A DNA stretch of 64,000 nt. Origin: an uncultured Acidobacteriota bacterium (GTDB lineage Bacteria > Acidobacteriota > Terriglobia > Terriglobales > Acidobacteriaceae). Under the pieces are notes generated by a model that did no database searches, was not told the origin of the DNA, and worked only from the letters and a program-made list of their open reading frames with translations. Shown here in pieces: positions 1 to 9,492 of this stretch (positions are counted from its first letter, which is position 1; every line of letters begins with the position of its first letter). The DNA is taken from contig CAVSQE010000019.1 in NCBI GenBank assembly GCA_963729915.1, forward strand, positions 42,292-106,291. Reading direction: 5' to 3'. Both the position numbers and the translations under genes were made by a program.

Positions 1-1
1 A

Positions 2-3000
2 GAGCCGAACTCTCAGCAATACCAGACAGCAGACGAGTACCTCTCCGGCAACGTGCGCCAGAAACTGAAGGACGCCCAAGGCGCCACACTGCTCGACCCA
101 GCCTATGAACGCAACGTCAAGGCGCTCCAAGCCGTCCAACCCGAAATCGTTCCCTTCATCGACATCGATGTGCGTCTCGGACAAACCTGGGTGCCAACAG
201 AGGTGTACGTTCAATTCCTCAACCGGCACATGGCCGAGCAACGCCCGGCGTCCGGTGACCGCGCGCCGTCCATCACAAGAGACCTCAACGGGCGCTGGAG
301 CGTCGATCTGCCTTCCTGCTACAACGCATTCGAGCTGACACACAAGTGGTCGGGCGGAGGGATGTCCGGTCACAAGCTCCTCGAATACGGTCTCAACCTC
401 CAGGAACCGACCATCTATCAAAACAATGCGGATGGCAAGCCTGTCATCGATACGGTACGAACGATCGCTGCGCGGGCCAGATTGCGCGAAATCAAAGATG
501 CCTTTTCCGAATGGGTCAAAGACGACAAACAGGCCGACATTCATCCGCAGATCGAGCGCATCTACAACGAGACCTTCAACGCCACGCGTCTGCGTGTGTA
601 CGACGGTGGTCACCTCTCGTTCCCAGGGCTGAATCCCACCGTCGTTCCGCGCCCATATCAGATGAGGGGAGCCTGGCGCGTCATGGTCGAAGGCCGTGCC
701 CTTCTCGACCACTTCGTCGGTTCCGGGAAATCCCTCTCGGTAATTATCGCCGGTATGGAATCGCGACGAATCGGAATCTCGCGCAAGAACCTCTATGTAG
801 TCCCGAACAACATGATTCAGCAATGGCGGGAAGAGTTCAAGAAAGCCTATCCTTCCGCCAATGTTCTGGCCGTGACGGAACGGGATTTCGATTCCCCACT
901 GAGCAGGAAACGTCTCTTCAGTCGTGTCGCTACAAACGAATGGGACGCCGTCATCGTTCCCCATTCCCAGTTCGACATGCTCCCCATCTCGCCCGAACGC
1001 GAAGCGAAAACTGTCAACGCACAGATGCAAGAGATGAAAGACCTGCTGCGTGAGGGCGCTGAAACCAATCGCCCTAAGACGAGAGCTGAGAAGCGGACCA
1101 CGCGCCAGATCGAGAACAAGATTCAGAAGTACAAGGAGAAGCTGAAAGAGCTTTCCCAGGGCCGGAAGGACGACACCATCTACTTCGACGATTTGGGGAT
1201 CGATCGCCTTTTCGTAGACGAAGCCCATGCATACAAGGCTCTGGCAATCGTCACGAAGATGGGAAACATTGCGGGTATCAGCACCCGCGAGTCCCAGCGG
1301 GCGCAACGCATCCTCGCCAAGATCGAGTTCATGCAGGAAACGCATAACGGCGCCGGGGTAATCTTCACCACGGCCACACCGATCACAAACACACTCGGCG
1401 AACAGTTTGTGATGACTCGCTACCTGGCGCGCGACATCCTCACCAAATGCAACATCCACAATTTCGACGACTGGGCGGCAAACTTCGCCGAGCCCGTCAC
1501 GCGGATGGAATACGCCACAGATGGCGTCACCATCAAGCCGAAGACCGCTCTTGCAAACTACGTCAACGTCCCGGAACTCCAGTCCATTTGGTCCCAGTTT
1601 GCTGACGTAATGATGCAGGACGAAGCCGAGGAAGCCGGCTACATCACCCTACCCAAGGCCGTCCGCAAGGATCTTCTTGTCAAGGTGACTCCAGCCCAGG
1701 AACCCCTGCTCCAGAGCATCGCCGAGCGCGGCGAACTCCTGAGCCTTCCGATGAGCGATCCGGACCGGCCTGACCCAACCGAAGACAACTGGCTCAAGCT
1801 CGATTCCGACGCCTGCGCAATCTCACTCGACGCCCGTCTTTACGATCCCACCCGCCCGGACGATCCTGACAGCAAGGCCAATACCGCCGTGCGCAAGGCA
1901 CTCGATGTCTTGCACCGCACGGAAGCCGAACGCGGCACTGTCATTGTCTTTGCCGACCGTTACCAGCGCGGCGACTTCAACCTCTTCGAGGACATGAAGA
2001 GGAAACTCATCGCGGCCGGCGTATCCAGGGAACAGGTCGCAATCGTTCACGACTACAAGAAGGGCAAGGAATTCTTCGGACTTCAACAGGCTATGCGCGC
2101 GGGCCGCGTCCGTGTCCTGCTCGGCACCACAGAAAAGTGCGGAATCGGCGTCAACATTCAGACGCGCCTCAAGGCGCTGATTGACCTCGACCTCCCGCAA
2201 CGGCCCGACCAGTTGGAGCAGCGCCACGGTCGAATACGCCGTTCCGGTAATACATTCTCCGAAGTGGAGTTCTACCGGATGATTTCAGAACCAAGAGACG
2301 TGGCATCGCCAAAGGCGCACGATCTTCAACGTGCCCAGCTCCTGGAACGGAAGCAGACGTTCCTGTCTCAGTTCAAATCAGGCGGCCGGATGGGTCGAAA
2401 GATCGAAGATATTGCCGGCGAGACACGGTTGAGTCCTCAGATGTTTGCCCTGGCCAAGGCCCAGGCCACCGGCAACCCGCTGGCGCTGGAAAAGATCAAG
2501 CTGGAATACGAGATCAAGAACCTGACCCTACTCGCTCGCTCCAACCGGCTCGACCACTACAACAACCGCCAGCAACTGCTGAACGTCGAGTACCGGATCG
2601 CACATCTCAAAGACAGGTTGCCTCAACTTCAGGAAGCGAACCGTGTATTCAAATCACATGAGCACCGGGACGATGAGGGCAAACTGCTCAGTCTCCAGGT
2701 TCGCTTCAACGGCCTCGAATTCTTGCGGCTCAAGGACGCCAACGAATACCTGCGAACGGTCTCCCTCGACAGCACAACACAGCTCACCGTCAACGGCCTG
2801 GACATTTCCCTCGCGGTCAGCGATGCCCTCATCAAAGACGAACTTGGCGCCATCACGGACATAACAGCCGTTCGCTACAACCTGGCCGGGGAGTGGTTCG
2901 ATGTGCCGCGCCCGGAAGCCCACATGGGGATGCCCTCAGCCCAATCGCTGCTCACCTCAGTCTTGCGCCGCGGTGGAGACCTGCCGACGAAGATCCTCGA

Positions 3001-3373
3001 AACAGAATCATCCATTCTCGAAAACGAGTCCACACTGACCCGTCTGCACACAGCGTTGGATTATCAAAGCCCCTACGAGGCGAAGCTCAATGAGTACGAG
3101 CAGCGTCTGGCGGAAATCGACAAGGAGCTACTTGGCAAGACGGAAGAGGTCGAGGAGCTGGTCGATGCGGAGGCGGAGGAACTAGGGTCTGCAAAGACCG
3201 TTCCGGTCGAACGTGAAGCCACGGATAGCGAAGATCGCGTCACCGCGGAACCCATCGAAGACCGATCTGTAGCCGAGATTGCCGTGGATGATTTCCCAGG
3301 CGAAGCCCTCGAAATACCCACGATGCAGGCTCCCCGATTCAAAAGAAGGCAAACGGCCGATCGAGGACGGTAA
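2..3373 (+). CDS. C-terminal ~1120 aa of a giant SNF2/DEAH helicase of the fused DNA-methyltransferase/helicase class (DarB-like, typical of conjugative elements and phages); 5' end outside window
   Basis: The frame is open from nt 2 (EPNSQQYQTADEYLSGNVRQKL...), so the GTG at 53 is not the true start. Helicase motifs: VGSGKS (I), LFVDEAHAYK (II, DEAH), TTATPITN (III), QRHGRIRRSGN (VI). A long coiled-coil and acidic tail follows the core. Confidence 0.8.
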   Translation, partial: EPNSQQYQTADEYLSGNVRQKLKDAQGATLLDPAYERNVKALQAVQPEIVPFIDIDVRLGQTWVPTEVYVQFLNRHMAEQRPASGDRAPSITRDLNGRWSVDLPSCYNAFELTHKWSGGGMSGHKLLEYGLNLQEPTIYQNNADGKPVIDTVRTIAARARLREIKDAFSEWVKDDKQADIHPQIERIYNETFNATRLRVYDGGHLSFPGLNPTVVPRPYQMRGAWRVMVEGRALLDHFVGSGKSLSVIIAGMESRRIGISRKNLYVVPNNMIQQWREEFKKAYPSANVLAVTERDFDSPLSRKRLFSRVATNEWDAVIVPHSQFDMLPISPEREAKTVNAQMQEMKDLLREGAETNRPKTRAEKRTTRQIENKIQKYKEKLKELSQGRKDDTIYFDDLGIDRLFVDEAHAYKALAIVTKMGNIAGISTRESQRAQRILAKIEFMQETHNGAGVIFTTATPITNTLGEQFVMTRYLARDILTKCNIHNFDDWAANFAEPVTRMEYATDGVTIKPKTALANYVNVPELQSIWSQFADVMMQDEAEEAGYITLPKAVRKDLLVKVTPAQEPLLQSIAERGELLSLPMSDPDRPDPTEDNWLKLDSDACAISLDARLYDPTRPDDPDSKANTAVRKALDVLHRTEAERGTVIVFADRYQRGDFNLFEDMKRKLIAAGVSREQVAIVHDYKKGKEFFGLQQAMRAGRVRVLLGTTEKCGIGVNIQTRLKALIDLDLPQRPDQLEQRHGRIRRSGNTFSEVEFYRMISEPRDVASPKAHDLQRAQLLERKQTFLSQFKSGGRMGRKIEDIAGETRLSPQMFALAKAQATGNPLALEKIKLEYEIKNLTLLARSNRLDHYNNRQQLLNVEYRIAHLKDRLPQLQEANRVFKSHEHRDDEGKLLSLQVRFNGLEFLRLKDANEYLRTVSLDSTTQLTVNGLDISLAVSDALIKDELGAITDITAVRYNLAGEWFDVPRPEAHMGMPSAQSLLTSVLRRGGDLPTKILETESSILENESTLTRLHTALDYQSPYEAKLNEYEQRLAEIDKELLGKTEEVEELVDAEAEELGSAKTVPVEREATDSEDRVTAEPIEDRSVAEIAVDDFPGEALEIPTMQAPRFKRRQTADRGR

Positions 3374-3507
3374 ACGAAGCACTGACAACCTTATATCTGG
3401 ACAAGATTCTTGCATTACCGGCCGAGAAGTTTCGCGACAAGTCTGGCCCGGGGGGCCGATCCAAGATTATGTCATCAGCGCCACCGCGAAATGAGGCCGA
3501 TTTAGAG

Positions 3508-4674
3508 TTACGCGAGGATTCGCCCAAAGCGTACTTTGAAATCATCGTCGCTGAGCAGAACGGCGGAGCGTATCTTCCAATAGGCCGCGAGAAGCGTCTT
3601 TTCGCCTTCGCTCAGTTTCTGCATCTCCTCGTATGCGCTGATCTGGAAGACTTGACCTCGACCAAACGCGCCGCCGAAAACCTCCCCCGGAAAGAACTGG
3701 ATCGCAAGTTCCGAACTAAGAGACACTCCAGCGTTCGCGAGTCCGCGGAGGAGATCTTCGGCAAGTGCCCGGCGTTGATCAATGTTACAGATATCGTCTA
3801 CTGCGATACGCAGCGCAGAGAAAGCCTCGGACGGAATAATCTCTCTCATCATATGGAAGGCACGTCGCAGTTCGTCTGCCAACTGAGCTCTGGTGCCACG
3901 GTCAGCGGGAGCGCCGGCACGCAGCGATTCTTCATACAGCAAGATTCCGGGGCTCGTATCTTCCCTGAAGTAGGTCCGCAAGTGGTTCGTGACACGAACG
4001 CCCAACGCGGCATCTCTAGCGAATTGTTTGTAGAACGCTTCTCGAAAAGCCGCGATGTCTATGGCTGCATTCAGAATTGCGATAATGTCGGACGCATGGA
4101 CTCTGGCTTCCTCGCGATCATGTTCGGCTTGTTCCGGCCCCCGCACGTTCCTGTATCGGTCGTCGAGGGCAAGAAGCTTCAGCAGAACAAGCGCATGGGC
4201 GCGCGTGACACGAAGATTGGCTCGCGCTGGCGTTCCGTCTGGCAGCATCCCACGCACTTCATGCAGACCTGATTCTCGCAGCGCGATGCTACCGCCGAGG
4301 CATTCTCGCGCGTGCAGTCCCTTTTCAATCGAAACGCGGAAGTCAGTCCCCTTCTTCAATTCGTCCGGCGCCATGAATTCGATCCGCATGACTTCCCTGG
4401 AACCGGGGATCGGCTTCTGGAATTGAAAATTGCGTGATTCGGGAACCACGGTATAGCTCAGCGCCGCCAGTTTTTCCGTGACGTTTGCGGGTCTCTCCCG
4501 CAGTGAAATTGCATCCAGAAGGAAATCGAAGTCCCTCGTCGCTCTGGCCTCGGCGAGCACGAACTTCAGTGCTTGTCCGCCAACCAGGACGAATTCGTCC
4601 GCGGCAGGACCAAGCGTCGTGAGCAACTCCAATAGATACGTTTTTTGTGGTTCGGGAATCATACTGCTTTCCAC
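3508..4674 (-). CDS. Nucleotidyltransferase-fold protein, AbiEii/DUF1814-like putative toxin (388 aa) with an extra C-terminal region
   Basis: Pol-beta NTase pattern VLVGGQALKFVLAEARATRDFDFLL followed by MRIEFM. The start overlaps the upstream ORF stop by 16 nt (4659-4674). Confidence 0.55.
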   Translation of the reverse strand: MESSMIPEPQKTYLLELLTTLGPAADEFVLVGGQALKFVLAEARATRDFDFLLDAISLRERPANVTEKLAALSYTVVPESRNFQFQKPIPGSREVMRIEFMAPDELKKGTDFRVSIEKGLHARECLGGSIALRESGLHEVRGMLPDGTPARANLRVTRAHALVLLKLLALDDRYRNVRGPEQAEHDREEARVHASDIIAILNAAIDIAAFREAFYKQFARDAALGVRVTNHLRTYFREDTSPGILLYEESLRAGAPADRGTRAQLADELRRAFHMMREIIPSEAFSALRIAVDDICNIDQRRALAEDLLRGLANAGVSLSSELAIQFFPGEVFGGAFGRGQVFQISAYEEMQKLSEGEKTLLAAYWKIRSAVLLSDDDFKVRFGRILA

Positions 4675-5804
4675 ATTGGCTCGATTGCATTGTCGAACAG
4701 GTAGTCCGCCTGTTTCTGGTCGCGCCCGCCGCGTGCCGCTAGATCGAGATACGTCTGGACATCAGATACGGTCGGGATGCGTTCGTATCGTTTGGCGTAC
4801 ATGAATACTCCAAGATCGTATGGCTCTAAGAAGCGGAGTGGTGGACCCTCGGCTTTGGAGCCAGCGAGATTTTTCAGCTTTTTGTTCTGCTTTGCGGATG
4901 GCAAGTATATATCCACTGTGTCGAGATCGATGAAGGGAGCGCGAACTGTGGCGGCAGCGGGTCCAGTGAAGGCAAATGCGCCCAGGGACAAGGATTCGAG
5001 TGCGTCACTGATTCTGGCCAGGTCTTTGCCGAATGAATTGGGGTAGGTGATGCTATTCCGCAACCGTGAACGATAGCGTTCCCGGTACTTCGTTGCCCAG
5101 GCGAGCAAAAGGCGCTTCGGCTCCGGCAGCACCACAGCTGTACCGCGTCGGCGGACCCAAAGCTGCTCTTCCAGCGTGCTGAGAGCTTTCGATATGGTGC
5201 CTAGGCTGACGATGAAACTCCTCTCAGAATCACGATCCGTCACTTCGGAGATGAGCGCATTGTCGCGGGATTCCCTTTCGAGTTCCTGTGCAATGTCGCT
5301 CAGAGTCCACGTGCGCGGGTTTTCGAGGAGGACCCTGAGGATTCGCGAAAAACGGCCGGAGAAAACATTCACCTCGCGGGGACCTTCCGCCGATTGAACC
5401 CAATTTTTGCTGCGCTGGCCTGTCCGTTGCAGAACGAACCTGCCAGGAACATTGATGGAAATGTTGCCGGCAAGGTCAAGGAAGTCAATCCCCGCGCCCA
5501 TGCAGTAGGTCTGTGCCTGTTGCGAGAGAGCTGGACAGATGATTGCGAAAGCGGCATCCTTTTCAATTGCCTTTAGACGGGCGATCCATGGGGCGATGGC
5601 TTCAAGCTGCCTGGGACTGATTGCCTGCTTGATTTCTGCATAGACGCGGACCTTGTTCGTTCCGGACTCCAGATCAAAGCGGACATCGAACGGACCGCTC
5701 TTTGCCACATTGGCGGCCCGTATTCCTGACATTTGCGCAAACGGAACCTGATCCATGATGGCCTGGACGACAGCGGCTTCAGTCATTTGAGCAGAGCGTT
5801 GCAT
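4659..5804 (-). CDS. wHTH protein with AbiEi-like C-terminal domain (putative antitoxin/regulator) and an N-terminal PD-(D/E)xK-like extension (381 aa)
   Basis: Central wHTH-like segment WTLSDIAQELE...ISKALSTLEEQLWVRRRG. C-terminal part ends in VSDVQTYLDLAARGG, as in AbiEi proteins. N-terminal FDVRFDLE...VYAEIKQ gives a D...ExK pattern. Operon partner of the NTase gene. Confidence 0.5.
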   Translation of the reverse strand: MQRSAQMTEAAVVQAIMDQVPFAQMSGIRAANVAKSGPFDVRFDLESGTNKVRVYAEIKQAISPRQLEAIAPWIARLKAIEKDAAFAIICPALSQQAQTYCMGAGIDFLDLAGNISINVPGRFVLQRTGQRSKNWVQSAEGPREVNVFSGRFSRILRVLLENPRTWTLSDIAQELERESRDNALISEVTDRDSERSFIVSLGTISKALSTLEEQLWVRRRGTAVVLPEPKRLLLAWATKYRERYRSRLRNSITYPNSFGKDLARISDALESLSLGAFAFTGPAAATVRAPFIDLDTVDIYLPSAKQNKKLKNLAGSKAEGPPLRFLEPYDLGVFMYAKRYERIPTVSDVQTYLDLAARGGRDQKQADYLFDNAIEPMWKAV

Positions 5805-6060
5805 GGACTCATTTTCCCAGATAGGAAAATGAATGTAAAGGAAAACTTTCCACTATGTAGATTTTCTTGAACTGGAAAGCACCATGCAGGATCGTGCTTC
5901 TATCCGCAGAATCGGTCCGCTCCATCGCGCATTGCCGACGGACACCTGCGGGAGCTGTCATGCCGTTCGTTGACGGAGAGTTCAAATAAATCAAACACAT
6001 ACAAAGCTAGAGCAACGGATTTTGTGGTATCATTGAGATGTAATCCAGGAGACCAGCCTG

Positions 6061-7242
6061 ATGCCTCGCAGACCAAAGCAGGAAAAGCACAAAGGTGTCT
6101 TTGAAAAGGCGAAAGGCTCGGGCATATGGTGGATTCGCTATACCAATGAACAGGGCAAGCGGGTCACGTCCAAAGTCGGAACCTTCTCGGCGGCCGTCCG
6201 GGTCTACGAGCAGCGCACCATGGCGATCCGGCTCGGCATTCTGCTTCCCACCTCCCCTCGGCACGGCGCCAAGTTTTCGGAGTTGGTAGCCGACGCGATC
6301 AAGTTCTCGGAAAAGCATCACCGGGCTTCCAAGGACTTCAAGCAGCGGGCGGAGTTGGCACTCGAAGAGTTCGGCGATCGCGTAGCTGAGTCCATCACCA
6401 CGGCGGAACTTCAGGCGTGGGTGGACGAGATGGCCGAGGAACGGGACTGGACCGGGGGAACCCAGAATCGGTTCAAGTCCACCCTCAGCACGGTTTTCCG
6501 GGAGGGGATGCGGGCCGGCAAGGTCACCGTGAACCCGGCCCGGCTGATCCGGCGCGCGAAAGAATCCCTGGGGCGGGTCCGGTTCCTCTCCTACGAGGAG
6601 GAGGCCAAGCTTCGGAAAGCCATCGCCGCCACCCTGCCCGGCCGCATCAAGGACGAGGGGGAAAGCGCCTTCGCCCAACTGGATGTTGCCCTCCACACCG
6701 GGATGCGCAAGTCCGAACAGTTCGCCGCCACCTGGGAGCAGGTTGACCTCGAACGGGGGTTCATCTACCTCTCCATGACCAAAAACGGCAGCGACCGTTT
6801 CGTCACCCTCAACAGTGCCGCCGCAGCGGTGCTCAGACGCCTCCAGGAGCATCACAAAGAGCTGGGGCTACCCTTGACCTCCACCCTGTTTCATTCCAAG
6901 CGCGACGGGCTGATTAAGAACCCGCGCAAGTGGTTCGCGACCGCCCTCGAACAGGCCAAGATCAAGGGCGTCACCTGGCACACCCTCCGGCACACCTTCG
7001 CTAGTCGTTTGGTGATGGCTGGGGTAGACTTAAAAACAGTGCAGGAACTGATGGGACACAAGACGATCGCTATGACCGCCCGGTATGCCCACCTCGCCCC
7101 GATTCACAAGTCGCAGGCGCTGGAAACCCTGGTGCGTCCGGGGTCGGTTTCGGTACAAAGTGGCTATTTTTTGGCTACCAACACCAAAACGGCCACGCGG
7201 AGCAGAAAACTGAATAGCCTTCAACTTATTGACTCTAAATAA
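6061..7242 (+). CDS. Tyrosine recombinase / phage-type integrase (393 aa)
   Basis: C-terminal catalytic region HTGMRKSE ... WHTLRHTFASRLVMAGVDLKTVQELMGHKTIAMTARYAHL (R..HxxR..Y signature). Sits adjacent to a tRNA gene. Confidence 0.9.
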   Translation: MPRRPKQEKHKGVFEKAKGSGIWWIRYTNEQGKRVTSKVGTFSAAVRVYEQRTMAIRLGILLPTSPRHGAKFSELVADAIKFSEKHHRASKDFKQRAELALEEFGDRVAESITTAELQAWVDEMAEERDWTGGTQNRFKSTLSTVFREGMRAGKVTVNPARLIRRAKESLGRVRFLSYEEEAKLRKAIAATLPGRIKDEGESAFAQLDVALHTGMRKSEQFAATWEQVDLERGFIYLSMTKNGSDRFVTLNSAAAAVLRRLQEHHKELGLPLTSTLFHSKRDGLIKNPRKWFATALEQAKIKGVTWHTLRHTFASRLVMAGVDLKTVQELMGHKTIAMTARYAHLAPIHKSQALETLVRPGSVSVQSGYFLATNTKTATRSRKLNSLQLIDSK

Positions 7243-7256
7243 GTTGCATCAGATGT

Positions 7257-7332
7257 GAGCTCGTAGCTCAGTTGGTAGAGCAACGCCCTTTTAAGGCGTG
7301 GGTCCTGGGTTCGATTCCCAGCGAGCTCACCA
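7257..7332 (+). tRNA. tRNA-Lys (anticodon UUU), CCA encoded
   Basis: 76 nt. Acceptor GAGCTCG/CGAGCTC, D-loop TAGCTCAGTTGGTAGAGCA, anticodon loop CTTTTAA, T-loop GGTTCGATTCC, 3' ACCA. Confidence 0.95.
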
Positions 7333-7504
7333 CCCAGGCTGCCGATTCCCTCTTGCAAACGCCATGTAGTTTCCGGATTGGCGGTCATTCAGGAGCGACC
7401 CTGAAATCAGCCAAATCTTCAGAACTTGAGCGTTCGGCGAGTGGCTTGGCGATTTTGCGTAGATCGCGGAACGTCCAAAGCGGATTCGCAGACTTGCTCG
7501 ATTA

Positions 7505-8464
7505 CTAGTTTTCACTCGGCATTTCAACCGAGTCGACGACAATGATGTCGATCGGCTGCTTCTCCTGCGTGAGTTTGAGGCCGAGTTGCTCGCTTAAGGC
7601 CGTGAAGAGTGAGGGCCACTGCGCATCGGGGTCGACTGGAGCGGCTCCAGGGACGGGATCGTCGGGGGTCCAGCGCAGTGTGAAATCGTATCCGCCTGTA
7701 AGGCCGGTCTTGTCAACCACCGGGCGACCAGCGATCTCGGGTTCGGACGCAAGCGACCTGACTAGGTTGCTCATCAGTGCGGAGTGCCCTTCCATATGGC
7801 CACGACCTACGAAATTGATCCGGTTCGGTGGGATGCCCGCATGCAAATCTTGCTCCGGGTGCGGGGGCTGCAGCTTCGAGCCGCTCTTCGCCACGTGGAG
7901 CACGAGGACCGACAGCTCGCGGGTCTCATGGTGGAACTTCAAGCGAAATCGATCGGCAAGCAACGACCGTGTCATGCAGCGGAGCTCTTCGTCGACCTCT
8001 GGCTGCGTCATCTTGCTCCATCGCGCGGCGGTCTCGGCATCGACCTTGGCGTTGATGTCGAATGGCCGCGAGCCCATCCAACTGGGGCCACCTTCGATCT
8101 GAGCCCTGACGATGCGGCTCACGCCGTAGGCGTTGGCGATCATCCCACTCAGGGTCACGCCGTCCCACTTTAGCCCGTCAGGTTGCCGCCAGTACATCGC
8201 TTCGTGTTCTTTCGCAGGGTCGCTTAGCTTCACGGTGACAATATCGAAGCTTAGCGCGGCCTGCTGAGCGTGTGCGGCCTCAGAGGACGATAACGGCGCC
8301 GCGGCGTGCAGAACCTGCGCGTGCATAGGAGCGGCGACGAAGAGGATTATCGCGGCTACCAAGATGCTGCCGAGGACTCGATGCTTACGGAAATACCTGC
8401 GGAGCGCGACAAAGACTGTCTCACCCACGAGCATCTCTAACTGTACTGACTTCAATAACGGCAT
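7505..8464 (-). CDS. TIGR03435-family (soil/Acidobacteria-associated) secreted protein
   Basis: N-terminal hydrophobic signal-anchor. C-terminal signature FTALSEQLGLKLTQEKQPIDIIVVDSVEMPSEN is typical of TIGR03435. Confidence 0.75.
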   Translation of the reverse strand: MPLLKSVQLEMLVGETVFVALRRYFRKHRVLGSILVAAIILFVAAPMHAQVLHAAAPLSSSEAAHAQQAALSFDIVTVKLSDPAKEHEAMYWRQPDGLKWDGVTLSGMIANAYGVSRIVRAQIEGGPSWMGSRPFDINAKVDAETAARWSKMTQPEVDEELRCMTRSLLADRFRLKFHHETRELSVLVLHVAKSGSKLQPPHPEQDLHAGIPPNRINFVGRGHMEGHSALMSNLVRSLASEPEIAGRPVVDKTGLTGGYDFTLRWTPDDPVPGAAPVDPDAQWPSLFTALSEQLGLKLTQEKQPIDIIVVDSVEMPSEN

Positions 8465-8797
8465 CGACGTCTCCCCACCGACCTAAGTATCTATTTCCTT
8501 TTGCAAGGTTCAAAAGCGCAGCAACCATGTAGTTCAGGTTCCTCCTCTTATGATCCTTCCAGGCCGCTGCATATTCCATTATTTCGCACGCCGGGTGCCA
8601 TCGCACTTGTCCTGCGAAATTCTATCCGAATCACGCAGAAACGCTGTTCTTGGTGAGTGGTAGCCCATCCGGAAGGCACTCTTCCATTAATATCGCCGGA
8701 ATCAGCGTCATCGACCGCTTCTTGGTGCACTGATACGATTCGTTTTAGGATGGACCTGCGGCCCGGACGGGCTTCTGGTACTGAGGAAAGCTCAAGG

Positions 8798-9424
8798 ATG
8801 GTTTCGACGGAAGAGATTGTTGCGCTGCAGGATCGGCTGACTTGCCTGTGGCACGAAACAGCAAACCGGCAAGAGACGCCGGCCCCAGAGAGCTCGGCCA
8901 ACGCCTGGCTCGACCTGGTGGCGCGGCAGCATCGCGCGAACTTCGATCTGTGGCACATCGAGGATGAAGCGCGGGCGCCGCGGGTGAGCGACGCGGAGCT
9001 GGCCGCAGTGAAGCGTCGCATCGACCAGACCAATCAACTGCGTAACGATCTTGCCGAAGAGCTCGACCGCAAACTGCTGGAATGGCTTGCGCCGCAGGGA
9101 TTGCCTAAATGTGACGCGGCGCAGAACTCGGAGTCGCCGGGACTGATCATCGACCGGCTGTCGATTCTTGCGCTGAAGATTTACCACACGCGCGAAGAGA
9201 CCGAGCGCAAGGCTGCGCCGGAGGGCCACGCGGTGCGCAATCTGGAGCGGCTTGAGGTCCTGAAAGAACAGCGCGCCGACCTGGCGGCTTGTCTGGATGC
9301 GCTGTGGCGGGACACCGTGAGCGGAGCGCGTTGCTTCAAACTCTACCGGCAGATGAAAATGTATAACGATCCCGCACTGAATCCGGCAATCTATGGCGAT
9401 TCGGCGGGAGAAAAGGGCCGTTAA
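8798..9424 (+). CDS. DUF4254-family protein
   Basis: Motifs RQHRANFDLWHIEDEAR...KRRIDQTNQLRNDLAEELD...IIDRLSILALKIYH. ATG at 8798 is preceded by gaggaaagctcaagg. The longer ORF from 8657 is probably an over-extension. Confidence 0.65.
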   Translation: MVSTEEIVALQDRLTCLWHETANRQETPAPESSANAWLDLVARQHRANFDLWHIEDEARAPRVSDAELAAVKRRIDQTNQLRNDLAEELDRKLLEWLAPQGLPKCDAAQNSESPGLIIDRLSILALKIYHTREETERKAAPEGHAVRNLERLEVLKEQRADLAACLDALWRDTVSGARCFKLYRQMKMYNDPALNPAIYGDSAGEKGR

Positions 9425-9492
9425 TCCCCGCGACGAAGGCCCCCATTGACGGGAGGCGGGGTTCTGCGTATAAACATGGCCTAAGTCATGTT

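Larger units (their letters stand above)
1..7256. mobile_element. Right-hand terminal segment of an integrated mobile genetic element (ICE/prophage-like island); left boundary lies outside the window
   Basis: Contiguous methylase-helicase-class helicase, NTase/wHTH defence-like pair and tyrosine integrase abutting tRNA-Lys. AT-rich divergent spacer at 5805-6060. No att repeat found inside the window. Confidence 0.6.

Noticed and set aside
880-900. cgggatttcgattcccc inside the helicase gene, as a possible att copy of the tRNA-Lys T-arm (gggttcgattccc)
   Set aside because: Only about a 10-nt match, interrupted, and it lies inside a conserved coding region. It is compatible with chance.
5809-6000. 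63-aa ORF in the AT-rich spacer upstream of the integrase, as a possible excisionase
   Set aside because: It is on the opposite strand to int with no HTH or Xis-like motif recognisable. The region is more plausibly a divergent promoter.
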